Source: Wickerhamiella versatilis (taxonomy: Eukaryota). From it: a DNA stretch of 64,000 bases. The translations under genes and the position numbers were made by a program. The notes under the pieces are model-generated. The model was given only the letters and a program-made list of their open reading frames with translations, had not been told where the DNA came from and ran no database searches. Below, one piece after another: positions 62,051-64,000 of the stretch; positions within the stretch are counted from its first letter, which is position 1, and each line of letters starts with the position of its first letter. The DNA is taken from the NCBI GenBank assembly GCA_030867685.1, contig JAQOWU010000008.1, positions 1,674,001-1,738,000 of the forward strand, given 5' to 3'.

Positions 62051-62653
62051 ATGGCCAACGAGGTAGTCAAGTATAAACTTGTCTTTCTTGGCGACCAGAG
62101 CGTGGGAAAGACGAGCTTGCTGTCGCGCTTCATGTATGACAGCTTTGACACCCAATATAAAGCTACTGTTGGCATTGATTTCATGTCTAAGACCATGTAC
62201 CTTCCTGACCGGACGATTCGGCTTCAATTATGGGATACTGCAGGGCAAGAGCGGTTCAGAACACTCGTTCCAAGCTATATAAGGGATTCTAATGTGGCAG
62301 TGGTGGTATATGACATTACAGATGCGAAGACGTTTGAGGCTGCCTCTAGGTGGATAGAGGACGTGCAAGCGGAGCGACAGGGACAGGCTCTGATCATGCT
62401 GGTTGGAAACAAAACTGATATTGCAAATAAACGCGTTGTATCTGTTCAAGAGGGGGAGGAGAAGGCCAAAGCTGTAGGCGCGCTCTTCATGGAAACCAGT
62501 GCAAAGGCAGGACACAACGTGAAACCGCTGTTCAAGAAGATAGCCACTGAGCTAGCTGGTATGGATGTACCTCAAGCATCTCGGCAAGCCGAGCCAGAGG
62601 TGGTGGATGTGACATTAGATTCGCCGCAAGAGCGGGCCTCCTGCGCGTGCTAG
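62051..62653 (+). CDS. YPT6: Rab6-family GTPase
   Basis: [43 protein letters not shown] and a CAC prenylation tail. Confidence 0.95.
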   Translation: MANEVVKYKLVFLGDQSVGKTSLLSRFMYDSFDTQYKATVGIDFMSKTMYLPDRTIRLQLWDTAGQERFRTLVPSYIRDSNVAVVVYDITDAKTFEAASRWIEDVQAERQGQALIMLVGNKTDIANKRVVSVQEGEEKAKAVGALFMETSAKAGHNVKPLFKKIATELAGMDVPQASRQAEPEVVDVTLDSPQERASCAC

Positions 62654-64000
62654 GATTATAGATACATACATATCATGCCAAGAAATTTGTTCGGAGCAAG
62701 ACTGACCGTGTCAAAATAGTGCACCTAACAAGCAGACAAGACTAATTGGTCGAGTGGACGCTGGTGCATAGAGTGTGCTTTACGAGGTCGGTAGTTCGTG
62801 TTTGAAACTATTTCATCACTATTAAGCTACCTGCACCGTGTATTCAAACGAAACAACCCCATTGAAAGGGGACTCCGTATCCTCTCATCGTATAGCAGGG
62901 GGTGCTCTAAACCCGAGTGCAAGACTCCCGGAATTTGGAGGAACCATCCTAAAAAAGGTCACTAATACCAAAATACATCTCAGAGACCGCCAAAGGACCA
63001 CTTAATTTACCTGGTGTCAACGGTGGTGGCTCTTAGTGCTGAAGTGCCTGAAAGGTGCCGCACTGTCCTGGCTGCATGGATGAATTCCCCCTGCATGCCG
63101 ATGCACGATGAGGTAGAGAAGACTATATAATGGATAATTAGTTTCGAAAAAAATAACTACACGTAATAACACGATTGGGCAAACCAGAATACGGCATATA
63201 CCTGTTGCGTTATGCTGGTAACTCCAACCTCTGATCCTTAATTCTCGGCCATCGATACGGGCTACGGTTAGGGGTCGGCGTTTGGTGTTCACGTGTTCAA
63301 GAACAAAGGAAGTCAGGAGGGGCAGACTATCTCAAATTTTAAAGAATATAGAAATATTTAGCAACCGAGTCATAACCTACATATAGTTGCCTAACGGCCG
63401 AAGCTCGGTGGTGCATTTCGATGACTGAAATATAACCCTTGCCCAGTTATTCTGGCCCAAAATAGACTGGAAATTCGCGATCCTAATGTGAGCAGATATG
63501 CAGGGAATTATCGCATATTTCTCACTAAAACCTTTCGGTTATAACGAAAATTGAGTAAATCGGCCTTTTTCAGCCCTTCGCTCCCAGCTTCCAAGTTATT
63601 TGCCGGGACCTGCCGTGCCTGCAGGCGACACACCTTAAGGGTCGATGTACAATATGATGTCATGCAACGGTCAAAGATATTTTGACCATGCCCCCTGTAC
63701 TGACGAAAATAATAGTCGGTATTTACCGAAATCAAAGTGATCAAGGCGAATTTATGAAAAAAGATCGAGTAAGACACCCCTAGTCTATTTTCCGGATAAA
63801 ACAGGTCTCAACATGCATTTGTTAGTAATAAGGTCGTTGATCCCACGCTTTGAAATCGCGAACTCTAACTGAACTGCGTACTGTACCTACCCGTTCTGGG
63901 ATTAAGATTCGTACGTCATGACCGTGGCTCCTGAAGTCGATATTAAAAAAACACCTCGTGCCCGGGGGGCGAAAGTGTTTCGTTGCACAGGATTTGGAAA

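Noticed and set aside
51445-62653. Apparent vesicle-trafficking cluster (APL4, SEC21, VPS45, YPT6)
   Set aside because: Trafficking genes are numerous in yeast genomes and are interspersed with unrelated genes here; nothing suggests more than chance.
63004-63020. ATTTACCTGG resembling the U1 snRNA 5' end
   Set aside because: Mismatch to ACTTACCTGG, and no GATCA loop I or ATTGCAC loop II downstream.

Overview
Gene-dense eukaryotic (budding-yeast, Saccharomycotina) chromosomal segment with about 44 protein-coding genes in 64 kb, none of which visibly needs an intron. Many intergenic gaps are under 70 bp and several proteins are shortened. This compactness resembles the Wickerhamiella/Starmerella clade, which is an inference and not proven here. 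Content is mostly housekeeping: GPI14, PMP47, CUE3, NSA1, SEH1, USO1, SMC6, NHX1, UBP8, NAM2, CSR1, VAM7, GUK1, CWC22, RCF1, PRP6, ABP1, HIS3, BGL2, CRC1, MRS6, RPL28, PNGase A, ALG7, PRP21, RPP1, an arrestin, APL4, STE12, SEC21, VPS45 and YPT6. I saw no tRNA, rRNA, transposon or CRISPR array. Most notable: (1) a palindromic T(T/G)A(C/G)T(A/C)A element within about 55 bp of the ATG of about 13 unrelated genes, including divergent start codons only 8 bp apart; (2) a minimal 76-aa PEX39-like microprotein head-to-head with a peroxisomal carrier; (3) a CBM48-like protein with a Ras2-type CCIIS tail; (4) shrunken spliceosomal factors; (5) tandem TAGGGC elements upstream of both ribosomal protein genes; (6) a hairpin-rich, gene-free 1.3 kb tail that could hold an ncRNA. 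All gene names come from recognising motifs by eye, not from database searches.
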